Shown here: piece by piece, positions 41,853-52,305 of the stretch | Position numbering within the stretch: position 1 is the first letter of the stretch | Layout of the letters: every line of letters begins with the position of its first letter | Assembly (NCBI RefSeq): GCF_964204645.1 | Contig: NC_134030.1 | Coordinates: 6,428,778-6,492,777 of the forward strand | Direction: 5' to 3' | DNA: 64,000 nt | Source of the DNA: Tubulanus polymorphus | Lineage: Eukaryota > Animalia > Nemertea | Made by a program: the position numbers and the translations under genes | The notes under the pieces: generated by a model | Told to the model about the DNA's origin: nothing | Seen by the model: only the letters and a program-made list of their open reading frames with translations | The model's database searches: none

Positions 41853-43235
41853 TAAACTGGTCTCGGCTTAAATCTAAAAGTTTCAAATCATACGCGTCGT
41901 TCTGTGTTAAGTATAGTTTATTTCAATTAGATAGTCGAATGATTCATGAAGCAACAGGTTGAACATACTACATTAAGAGATGGACAATCACAAGAATATT
42001 GTGAGATAATTTCGTAGAAACGTTTCATTTTTCTGCGAGACAAAATGATTATTCGTAAAATATCGTTTCATACTACTGACACGCCCCGATCAGACATTCC
42101 TTGACCCTGAGTGGTTTCATCGGTTAATATTGGTGACAAGTAACACAGGTGATTTAGTTAGTCGATTCTTCTGTATCTATCGTCTGCACATAATTGCGAT
42201 CATTGATCGACGTATTTTTCGAATGGCTTTATTATCATCAATTCAAGCATAATACGGTTTTACCATCTGTATAATTCGGTTTCATTGTTTGGTTTTGATG
42301 ATTTTTAGTTTCAATAAATTCCATCGATCTGTCGTCGTATTCGTGTATGATGGAAAGATACGCTACGTATAATCGCTGATATTTCGTTTTTCATAGGACT
42401 AAAATATTCACAAGCTCATTGCTTATACCCCGGTGTCGTGTAAATTCATTCGCCAAAAGTGTTAAGAAGCCTTTCGAATTTTTACCGACAAGATTTATTT
42501 TGTAGTTTTCTTAATATCAAAATCTCAATATTGTTGATTTACGGTAACTGATAACCAAAATAAGAAGAATCTTTCACACGAACATCTCTTACCAACAAAA
42601 GATGTTTCGCACATTAAGCTTGTCAGTCTTGCGCAATTTATATCGGTCTTGAATCAATAAATGTAGAAAATCATACGCCTTTGTAACTATCAACTGAAAC
42701 GTAATACTATTCTTTGAATCGTGGCTTCATTTTGTCTATGTTCTGCTTGAATGAATTCAAATTAAACCCGTCGATATTTCATTATATGTATAAGATTCAC
42801 CCTATGTTTTTCTTTACATAATCATGGGTATCAAATTCTTATCAATTTGTGACAGTTCGAAGAAAGTTATCTTATTCTCCTGATTTCTAATTTCTAATAT
42901 CAAGGATCTTCAAAATAAATCGGAAAATCATTTCTAAGATCAGGACTGGGTGTATTAAACTGGTACGATATTTTTTGAATACTCACTCCAGTTTCCGTAA
43001 CCAAATGAATACATTTTCATCAAGTATAATAAAGATCAATCACGATAAATATTGATTTACAATTTATTTCTCCCCGTCTAATGGAATATATGGGAGTGTG
43101 ACGAGTGATGCGTGAGCAGGATTTGAATCAAATTTGGAGAAAATTGAAAATACACGAAAGTTTCAGCAGTTTGAGTACATCGATGGGTGCAATAACATTG
43201 GGAACTGTCTTAGAAACATCATTGGTTAGAAAACC

Positions 43236-44174
43236 ATGAACGAATCGGCAGTATATCGATTTCCTTTCTATGCAACCATTTTCTTGGACACACCCAAAAC
43301 TATCTCCACAACAATGAGATATTTCCAAATGGTTGCATTGCCTATCATCGCAGTGGCTGGGATATTTGGAAATATTTGTAGTTTTTTAGTGATGGTTAGT
43401 CGTAGATTCCGTGTGTTTTCTTATTCTCAATACCTCGCTGCACTCGCCGTGTTCGACATGCTTACCTTGTTCTTTCACGCGATCCCTTTCGTTAACTACG
43501 TTACCTATCCTGACATGGCTGTGACGTATTCTTCTGATATAGCATGCGCCCTCCACGAATATATCGCGATGGTTAACGATGCAGCCAGTTCCTGGATGGT
43601 GATCATCATCACAGCCGAACGATTTGCTATTGTCGTTTGGCCGTTCGCTGCCCGGACCATCGCGACACCATCTTTTTCGCGGAAAGTTATCGTTATTTTC
43701 ACCGTATTTTTTGCCTGTTATTTCTGTTATCTGTTCAAAGTAATCGCATACAACGTTGAAATGGACGCGTGCGTTATGACGCAATTCGGTGGAGATATGC
43801 ATTTCCAGTCGGCTACGGTGACGGTCGTATATTTGCCTACTGTATTGGTGATAGCGTTAAACATACTTCTTGCTTTGATTCTGCGTCGAAGCAACAAATT
43901 CGGCGATGGTGGCAGCAAAGCGGCCTCCACTCGCAAAGCTACCGTTATGGTAATGACGGTCTCCATATTGTTTTTGATATTCACCTACCCAACGGCATCG
44001 GTTTTGTTAGTTTCAACGTACGTACCGATAAAGCGAAGTATACTTAATATCTTATCGGCGGTAACCGGTGCCGCGTATGCGATGAACAGTGCCATTAACT
44101 TCTACGTGTACTTACTAGCCGGGGACGAGGTGCGTAATTTCGTCAAAGAAAAACTAATGCAATGGTTCAAATAG
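43236..44174 (+). CDS. Class A GPCR copy 2
   Basis: 312 aa, colinear paralogue of copy 1 with all the same motifs. Confidence 0.93.
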   Translation: MNESAVYRFPFYATIFLDTPKTISTTMRYFQMVALPIIAVAGIFGNICSFLVMVSRRFRVFSYSQYLAALAVFDMLTLFFHAIPFVNYVTYPDMAVTYSSDIACALHEYIAMVNDAASSWMVIIITAERFAIVVWPFAARTIATPSFSRKVIVIFTVFFACYFCYLFKVIAYNVEMDACVMTQFGGDMHFQSATVTVVYLPTVLVIALNILLALILRRSNKFGDGGSKAASTRKATVMVMTVSILFLIFTYPTASVLLVSTYVPIKRSILNILSAVTGAAYAMNSAINFYVYLLAGDEVRNFVKEKLMQWFK

Positions 44175-45209
44175 CATTTCTAAAAAAACGTTCCCGTGAC
44201 AGTCGCTTTGACTTATAATGCTATCACACCGATCAAATATTTTCACCGCGGACAACTAAACCATTCTCAAAATAATATTCAGTTATATATACGACAGTAT
44301 TTCGTATCTACACTGCAATGGTACAATGAAGAACGTTACCGGAGATTTTTGGGAAGTTACCAACACTAGTCCAACATGGCTGCTGTTTTTCAATTATATA
44401 AGTTCTATGTAAAAGGTAAGAAGCTTCCATCTTGCGTTCTATATTTGTTCTGTATGTTGTTATTGGTAAAATCGGCAATGTATCTCGGATATGTTAGATA
44501 CTCGCGTGGTTTCTGTGTATTAATGTAAGTTTTTGATATTTCCAGGATTTTTGCATGTATCAGTGTTGCTTTGTGAGCTGGACACCGATACAAGACTAAT
44601 ACAACAAAACCGCTGGAGATCTTTTCAAATAGAAAGTGGCCGTATTGTGTAATGGACTGATTTCAGGGATGATGGGTACGATTCGCCGTATTCACAAAAT
44701 CTAAGTTCCTTACTACATATACTTTAACTACAGAGATAGTAACCAACTGAGTTAGTAAGCTTTTATGAATATGGCTTCAGATGCATAATCCCCAAAAGCA
44801 CATCATTTTTCGTGACTATATCCGCCCGTTAAATTTCCAAATATATCTCTCATGTTTTACACACAGCTCTAGTTAACATAAACAGTACAGATCTGACGTT
44901 TTGTACTATATAACAAAAAAATAATTCTTTCATCTATATATGTTATGTAAAATGCAACGTGTGCATTTTTATCCTTTTAGATCGTAGCATTATATCAAAT
45001 TGTGTAACAAAACCAAGTTTAAGAAAAAAATGCACATGTACCGATAATACGGTTAAGGTTCAGTTGTGAAAATGTGCATATCGATTAAAACAATTGCTGC
45101 ACGAATTGTATCGAAAATCAGAAATACGGTCAGTAAAAAAATACGGTCATTTATCTATTAGGAATAACATTAGATTCCTAACCGTCTCAGAAATATTGGT
45201 TAACAAACC

Positions 45210-45780
45210 ATGAACGACTCGGCCCAGTATCGACTTCCATTTTATACAACTATTTTCTTGGACACGTCCAGAACTATCTCTGAGATGATGAGATATTTCC
45301 AATTGGCCGCATTACCTATCATAGCAGTGGCCGGAGTTTTCGGAAATATCTGTAGTTTTCTAGTGATGGTTAGTCGTAAATTTCGTGTGTTTTCCTATTC
45401 TCAATACCTCGCTGCACTCGCCGTGTTTGACATGCTTACCTTGGTATCTTATACAATGCCATTTATCAACTACGTTACCTATCCTAAAATGGCTATCACC
45501 TATTCGTCTGATATAGCCTGCGCCCTCCACAAATATTATGGACTGGTTAACGATGCTATCAGCTCTTGGTTAGTGATCATCATCACCGCCGAACGATTTG
45601 CTATTGTCGTTTGGCCATTCGCGGCACGGACTATCGCGACGCCATCATTTTCACGAAAAGTCATCGTCTTTTTCACCGCATTTTTCTACTGTTATTACGC
45701 GTATTTGTTTGTAGTAATGAAATATAACGTTCAAATGGATTCGTGCGTCATGGCACAATTAGATGGAGATATACATATTC
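45210..45780 (+). pseudogene. Class A GPCR copy 3, truncated before TM5
   Basis: Homology stops at ECL2 (GDIH), exactly where a MITE starts; TM5-TM7 sequence does not resume after the MITE. Confidence 0.88.
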
Positions 45781-46211
45781 TACGGAAGCGATAAAGGGCC
45801 TCGAGTTGTCGCGTTCAAACTCGACAAGTCGCCATATTTATGTCGATATATCGCGATATATCGCGTCATGTCGACTTGAATATGTCGACATATCGTGACG
45901 TTTTCGCGACAAATTTCGCTTTTTTGCTCATTTTCCACGGGACAAGCCGTCATTTGAAGACATGTCTAAATGTAAGATGAGGACACCAGTAATATGACGA
46001 CTGAGTTGTAAGTCGTCATGAATATGTCGACTTGTCGCGAGGAAAGTGGTCGAGAAAACGAAATATGTCGTCAAAACGTCACGATATATCGACATATTCA
46101 TGTCGACTTGACGCGATATATCGCGGTATGTCGACATAAATATGGCGACTTGTCGAGTTGGAACGCGACATCTCGATGCCCTTTATCGCTTCCGTACTTA
46201 TCGCTTCCGTA
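45781..46211. mobile_element. MITE/foldback element with long TIRs (TACGGAAGCGATAAAGGGC...GCCCTTTATCGCTTCCGTA)
   Basis: Imperfect inverted arms of more than 130 bp at 45781 and ending 46196, internal ATATGTCGAC subrepeats, terminal 14 bp duplicated at 46198-46211. Confidence 0.9.
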
Positions 46212-47060
46212 ATATTTCCATCTTGAATCTTATTTAGTGAAAGGTGGTCTGATGAAAATTTAATCTTTGAGTTGTTCAATTCGATGATCTTTTTAACGAT
46301 ATTTCACTAGATACATTTCACAAATGTATTTCCTTATACAAACTGTAGTAAAAAGAATGTAAATGTCTGTAATCTTTCAGGATGGTACTTTTAGGACGAT
46401 AAATGGCAGCTGGTAACTGTATCAATAGTTGACAACCTCTAGACCGATACCACGTGTATCATCGGGAGCAAAATTAATGAGAGTAATGACGTCACGAAAA
46501 AAGGAAATTTTACCAAGGCCTCTTTCAACCTAATAATCCATTTAGGATTCCCCAAAATCTCTGCGGGTGATTTGAGATAAATGAATGGATTCAAGATTTC
46601 AATTCTTACACCTGTGAATTTCAGATGTTTTGATGTATTTAACGGGAAAAAAAGAAAATATTTACCCGAAAGCTATTCCAAGCAAACCCACAAAGAATCT
46701 CTGGGTGATTTGAGATATCAAGTTTTGTGCCTTTTGATTTTAAGAAGTTTTGATTCAGTTTATGCATTCACAAAATTTCCGGGGGATTCTATATCTCTAA
46801 TCGGGGATGGTGGTTGATTAATAGCAGTTTTCCGAATACAAATCTCCAACAACTGTCAAGAAGAGACCAAAAAGAAAGTAACTCCTGTACAGTGGTTTAA
46901 AATTCTTCATTCAATTTTTTTCATGAACGACGTGTGAGTATCGAAGCGTATCAAAATTGATCGAATGTTATTTTTGCCAGGTTGAATACAACCACTGGAC
47001 GGTCTAACAGAAATGCATTAGATTTCAAACCACTGTCTTAGAAATATTGGTTAACAAACC

Positions 47061-48002
47061 ATGAACGACTCGGCCCAGTATCGACTTCCATTTTATACAA
47101 CCATATTCTTAGACACACCCAAAACTCTCTCACCGATTATGAGATATTTCCAATTGGCTGCGTTACCTTGCATAGCAGTGGCTGGAGTTTTCGGAAATAT
47201 CTGTACTTTTCTAGTGATGGTTAGTCGTAAGTTCCGTGTGTTTTCCTATTCTCAATACCTCGCTGCACTCGCCGTGTTTGACATGCTTACCTTGGTATCT
47301 TACACGCTGCCTTTTATCAACTACGTTACCTATCCGAACATGGTTATCACGTATTCATCTGATATAGCCTGTGGATTGCATGAATATCTAGGACTGGTTA
47401 ACGATGCTATCAGCTCTTGGTTAGTGATCATCATCACCGCCGAACGTTTTGCTATAGTCGTTTGGCCGTTCGCTGCGCGAACTATCGCGACGCCATCATT
47501 TTCGCGAAAGGTCGTCGTCTTTTTCATCATATTTTTTTACTGTTATTTCTGGTATTTATTCAAAGTAATGAAATACAACGTCAAAATGGATATGTGCGTT
47601 ATGACGCGGTACGGAGGAGATTTGCATTATAAGTCAGCTACGATCTTGGTTGTATATGTACCAACCGTATCCATGATAGTGTTAAACTTTCTTTTGGCTT
47701 TGATTTTACGCCAAAGTAATAAATTCGGTGATGGGGGAAGTAAAACAGCCTCAACCCGCAAAGCAACCGTTATGGTAATGACAGTCTCCATACTATTTCT
47801 AATTTTTACATGCCCAACTGCATCTATTTTATTGGTCTCAACGTATGTTGTGATTAATCAGAAACATATGATAATCCTTTTAGCGGTGACCGGTGCTACT
47901 TATGCAATGAACAGTTCAATAAACTTTTACGTTTACCTTTTAGCCGGGGACGAAGTTCGCAACTTTGTCAAAGAGCAACTGCTTAAACGGTGGCGAAAAT
48001 GA
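47061..48002 (+). CDS. Class A GPCR copy 4
   Basis: 313 aa intact paralogue. Confidence 0.93.
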   Translation: MNDSAQYRLPFYTTIFLDTPKTLSPIMRYFQLAALPCIAVAGVFGNICTFLVMVSRKFRVFSYSQYLAALAVFDMLTLVSYTLPFINYVTYPNMVITYSSDIACGLHEYLGLVNDAISSWLVIIITAERFAIVVWPFAARTIATPSFSRKVVVFFIIFFYCYFWYLFKVMKYNVKMDMCVMTRYGGDLHYKSATILVVYVPTVSMIVLNFLLALILRQSNKFGDGGSKTASTRKATVMVMTVSILFLIFTCPTASILLVSTYVVINQKHMIILLAVTGATYAMNSSINFYVYLLAGDEVRNFVKEQLLKRWRK

Positions 48003-48834
48003 TATTAATCCAGAAATACCTTTGTGGCCAGGTCCCTGAAATTAATTACCATGGTAGCTTAAATAATTACTATTGGCCAAGGACTCCTACTTAGCTTTCC
48101 GCAAAACTTCAGTATCTTGGGATTGTTTTAGATCAACTACAAGATGGTGTCATACAGCTGTACCGTCGTTACCGGTGGTGAGAAGGCGCGATTGAAAAGG
48201 TAAGCGTAAGATCGTATGGTTTGTCCTTAAAACTAATGACGTGAGTTTCTGTAATCTATCGGGTTATTTTCAGAGAAGGATGCGAGCTCGTCAACTTAAT
48301 CCATAGGCGATACCCCGAAATGTTAGTGGATACTATTACCTGATGGAGATGTTCCTCAATATGGAAATATATATGGAAGCGGCAATCGTGATAAAAATGG
48401 AGCCAAAATAGATCTATCGAATAAACTACCGTATATTGAATCTAAATTCTGAGTACGGTTTTTAAGAACTTGATTAACTAATCACATTGAAATTGAATGA
48501 AAGCATCCTGTCTAGGGATACCACAAGAGAATTTGTTGCGTGTAATTATTTTTGTGAATCATGAATTGTACAAATACCATCCTTGTGATTGTAACATTGA
48601 TTCTTTGTATATCATTTCCATTTACGAAAAAGATTTTCAATTCAATCTTTGCATTTCCTGAGATGAGATGGTCGGCTTCCTCGAATTAAACTGTAAAGAG
48701 TGCGATGGATGATTTGAGATAAATGAATAGATTTAAGATTTCAATTTTTACACCTGTGAATTTCAGAAGTTTTGATGCATTTTACGACAAAAAAAGTAAA
48801 TATACCCGAAAGATTTTCAAAGCTAACCCAGTTT

Positions 48835-49339
48835 GACCTCAGGACAAATGTAATACGGTTTCGTTGCTCTAATCATAATCTACCGATTGAAACAAGAAGA
48901 TATGAAAATATCCCCCGAAATGAACGACTTTGTACCAAATGTAACCTAGGGCAAATCGGCGACGAATACCATTTTATAATGGAGTGTACTTTTTTCGAAA
49001 GTTTAAGAAGTCGGTACATACCGCAACAAATAGTAACGTTTCCTAATATAAGAAAATTTATGAACCTTTTTACGTCAGAAAACCCAAACGTCCTAAGGAA
49101 TCTTGCAGTTTTTATTAAAAAGGCACATAGCCTCATCTAGCCTCACCTCATCGCTGTTCCTGGTATACACGAACTTTTCAAAATAACTTTTCAATTGTAA
49201 ATATAACTAGTTATTGTATGACTAGCAACTGTTATTGTATAACTGCAAACTGTTTATTTTGTATGTATCCTGTGCTCGCAAAAAATGTACAATTTTCTGG
49301 AGCAATAAATTTAAATCTAATCTAATCTAATCTAATCTG
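48835..49339 (+). mobile_element. 5'-truncated non-LTR retrotransposon (CR1/L2-group-like) 3' end
   Basis: Encodes the C-terminal motif RCSNHNLPIETRRY...RLCTKC...GDEYHFIMEC (stop 49140), then 3'UTR, AATAAA at 49304 and an (ATCTA)n tail. Flanked by AGTTT on both sides and absent from the paralogous spacer before copy 4. Confidence 0.88.
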
Positions 49340-49724
49340 AGTTTCCCCAAAGAATCGCTGGGTGAATGAAGATATCAAGTTTTGTGTCTTTGATTTCCGG
49401 AATTTTGATTCAGTTTACAGGTCGGACAGGTTAATGCATTCACACAAATTCCCGGGGATTCTATATTTCTAGTCGGGGATAATGGTTGATTGATAGCAGA
49501 ATTTCGAAAAATATCTCCAACAACGGTCAAAAAGAGACCAAAAATACAGTAACTCCTGTACAGTGGATTAAAATCGTCAATTCAAATTTTTTTCTGGGCG
49601 ATGTGTGAGTAGTGGACCGTATCAAAATTGATCGAACGTTATTTCTGCCAGTTTAAATACAACCACAGGCTTAGTTAAAATGCATTAAATTTCATACAAA
49701 TGCCTTGTAAATAGTTAACTAACC

Positions 49725-50666
49725 ATGAACGACTCGGCACAGTATCGACTCCCATTTTTCACAACCATAGTCTTAGACACGCCTAAAGCTATCTCCGAGA
49801 CTATGAGATATTTCCAATTGGTTGCGTTGCCTATAATAGCGGTGGCCGGAATTTTCGGAAATATTTGCAGTTTTCTAGTGATGGTTAGTCGTAAATTCCG
49901 TGTGTTTTCGTATTCGCAATACCTCGCTGCACTCGCCGTGTTTGACATGCTTACCTTGTTAGCTTACACGATGCCTTTTATCAACTACGTTACCTATCCC
50001 AATATCGCTATCACCTATTCATCTGATATAGTCTGTGGATTTCATGAATATGTGGGCCTGGCTAACGATGCTATCAGCTCTTGGTTAGTGGTCATCATTA
50101 CCGCCGAACGATTTGCTATTGTCGTTTGGCCGTTCGCGGCACGGACTATCGCGACGCCATCTTTTTCGCGAAAGATCATCGTCATTCTCGTCGTATATTA
50201 CTACTGCTATTTCTGGTATTTATTCAAAGAAATGAGATACAACATCAAAATGGATACGTGCGTTATGACGCGATACGGAGGAGATTTGCATTTCAAGTCC
50301 GCAACGATCTTGAATGTATATGTACCAACCGTATCCATGATAGTGTTAAACTTTCTTTTGGCTTTGATTTTACGCCGAAGCAACCAATTTGGTGACAGTG
50401 GAAGTAAAACAGCCTCAACCCGCAAAGCAACCGTTATGGTAATGACAGTCTCTATACTATTTTTAGTTTTTACATGCCCAACTGCATCTATTTTATTGGT
50501 CTCAACGTATGTTGTGATCAATCAGAAATATACGATTATCCTATTAGCAGTAGCTGGTGCCGCTTATGCAATGAACAGTGCCATAAACTTCTACGTTTAC
50601 CTCTTAGCCGGGGACGAGGTTCGCAACTTTGTCAAAGAACAACTGCTTAAAAGGTGGCGCAAATGA
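49725..50666 (+). CDS. Class A GPCR copy 5
   Basis: 313 aa intact paralogue. Confidence 0.93.
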   Translation: MNDSAQYRLPFFTTIVLDTPKAISETMRYFQLVALPIIAVAGIFGNICSFLVMVSRKFRVFSYSQYLAALAVFDMLTLLAYTMPFINYVTYPNIAITYSSDIVCGFHEYVGLANDAISSWLVVIITAERFAIVVWPFAARTIATPSFSRKIIVILVVYYYCYFWYLFKEMRYNIKMDTCVMTRYGGDLHFKSATILNVYVPTVSMIVLNFLLALILRRSNQFGDSGSKTASTRKATVMVMTVSILFLVFTCPTASILLVSTYVVINQKYTIILLAVAGAAYAMNSAINFYVYLLAGDEVRNFVKEQLLKRWRK

Positions 50667-52028
50667 TATCAATCGAGAAATACCTTTGTGGTCAGCTCCC
50701 AGGAATTACCGTGGTTACTTGAATGATTACTAATCTGGCTAAGGGCTCCTACTGAGTTTTCCGCAAAATATCATTTTCTTAGCATTGTTTTAGATCACCT
50801 GCAAAATCATGCCATACAGCTGTGGCGAGAAGGTGCGATCGAAAAGGTCAGCGTAAAATCGTATGGCTATGTTAGTTAGTTACCTATCGTTGGTGGTAAG
50901 TTTTCATAATCGAATGGGCTTGTACGTGATAATATCCATTCGTGAAATTAAACCACAGACAGAGGTTACTGACTATGGCTATGTAATTTATCAAGTTATC
51001 TTTTCAGTAAAATGGAAGGGTGTGAGCTTGAAAACTTGATCCATAGGCGATGCCCCGAAATGTTAATGGATATTATTAGCTGATGGTGATGTTCCTCAAT
51101 ACGGAAGCTGCAATGATGGAGCCAAAATAGATTTATCGAATAGACTATCACTAATTGAATCTAAATTCTGAGTACGGTTTAAGAGTACTTGATTAACTTA
51201 TCATACTGAAATTGAATGAAGGCATCCTGTCTAGAGATTCAATAAGAGAATTTGTTGCATGTCATTATTTTTGTGAATCATGAATTGTGCAAATACCGTC
51301 CTTGTGATTGTAACATTGATTCCTTGTACAATATTTCCATTTACGAAAAGGATTTTTAATTCTTTGCATTCCCCGAGATTGGATGGTCGCCTTCCTTGAA
51401 TATAACCGTGAAGAGCGTCTCAAGGTTGCTGCAGTTTTAAAGATCCATATTTCACCTTGAAGAAAATCTAACAACTTACTGTGTCATGCTGACGTCGAGC
51501 GTAAGATTGTCTTATCGACTGTAAACTGTTGACGCATCGTTTGAATATCATATTTTTCAATAAATACGAATTATCCCCACTGAATGAATTCACACAAAAC
51601 ACAGCAGTATGAAAATAGATTTTTCATTAGCTCTCTGTGAAACATGTATATACGTACATTATTTTACAGCGATTTCATCTGCTTTTCACTTTTGTTTGTG
51701 AGACCCACCTGCATGTTCTTGTTTGACGATGAAAATTATTATGATACACGTAGCGTGAAAATAACGGCGATGAATTATGTACCGAACTGAACTTCCCTTA
51801 ATGAAAAACAATGCTTTAGCAAACTCTTTATTATTCAGGATATTTCATTAGAACGAATTAAAATTTTGCATTCGAGTATTTTGAATACATTTGTTGACAT
51901 TGGATGAATTTGAGGTTTTCGGATCGGTGGTCAAAAATAGCAATGAATAGTTGTTTCTAATTATCATCACTACAAAGCGTTACCAATGTGTTAGTCCATC
52001 TGCCCTATTGAAATTTACCAGGCGATTG

Positions 52029-52111
52029 TATATAAGGGGTCGTAAGATGATCGGTGTTATCCAGTGGATGTGATTTTTTCAACATAACCACAAGGTTTAG
52101 CTACAGACGAG
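52029..52111 (+). promoter_or_regulatory. Probable TATA box and short non-coding first exon of the astacin gene
   Basis: TATATAAGG at 52029, donor AG|GTTAGT at 52111/52112, acceptor TTTGCAG directly before ATG 52306. Confidence 0.55.
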
Positions 52112-52305
52112 GTTAGTAATTGTAAATAATTTTGTCTGCATGTTTCAATGAATGGAAGAAGTATCAAATACCCGAGCCAAAATGCAGCAGTAGGCCTAGG
52201 AGTAGGAAATAGTGAATAGAAAAGGCACAAATATAAAAAGCAGTTTTTAATTATAATTATCTACTCAAAAACGTACGTATATTTCAATTCTATTGCAATT
52301 TGCAG

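Larger units (their letters stand above)
46567..51418 (+). repeat. Head-to-tail tandem duplication of a ~2.1-2.2-kb unit carrying GPCR copies 4 and 5
   Basis: Upstream flanks (from TGATTTGAGATAAATGAAT at ~46567 and ~48710) and downstream flanks (48003-48700 versus 50667-51418) align; junction near 48705. Confidence 0.85.

Noticed and set aside
48772-49140. 122-aa ORF as a host zinc-finger gene
   Set aside because: Its start lies in duplicated spacer DNA; the rest is a LINE ORF2 C-terminus followed by a 3' tail.
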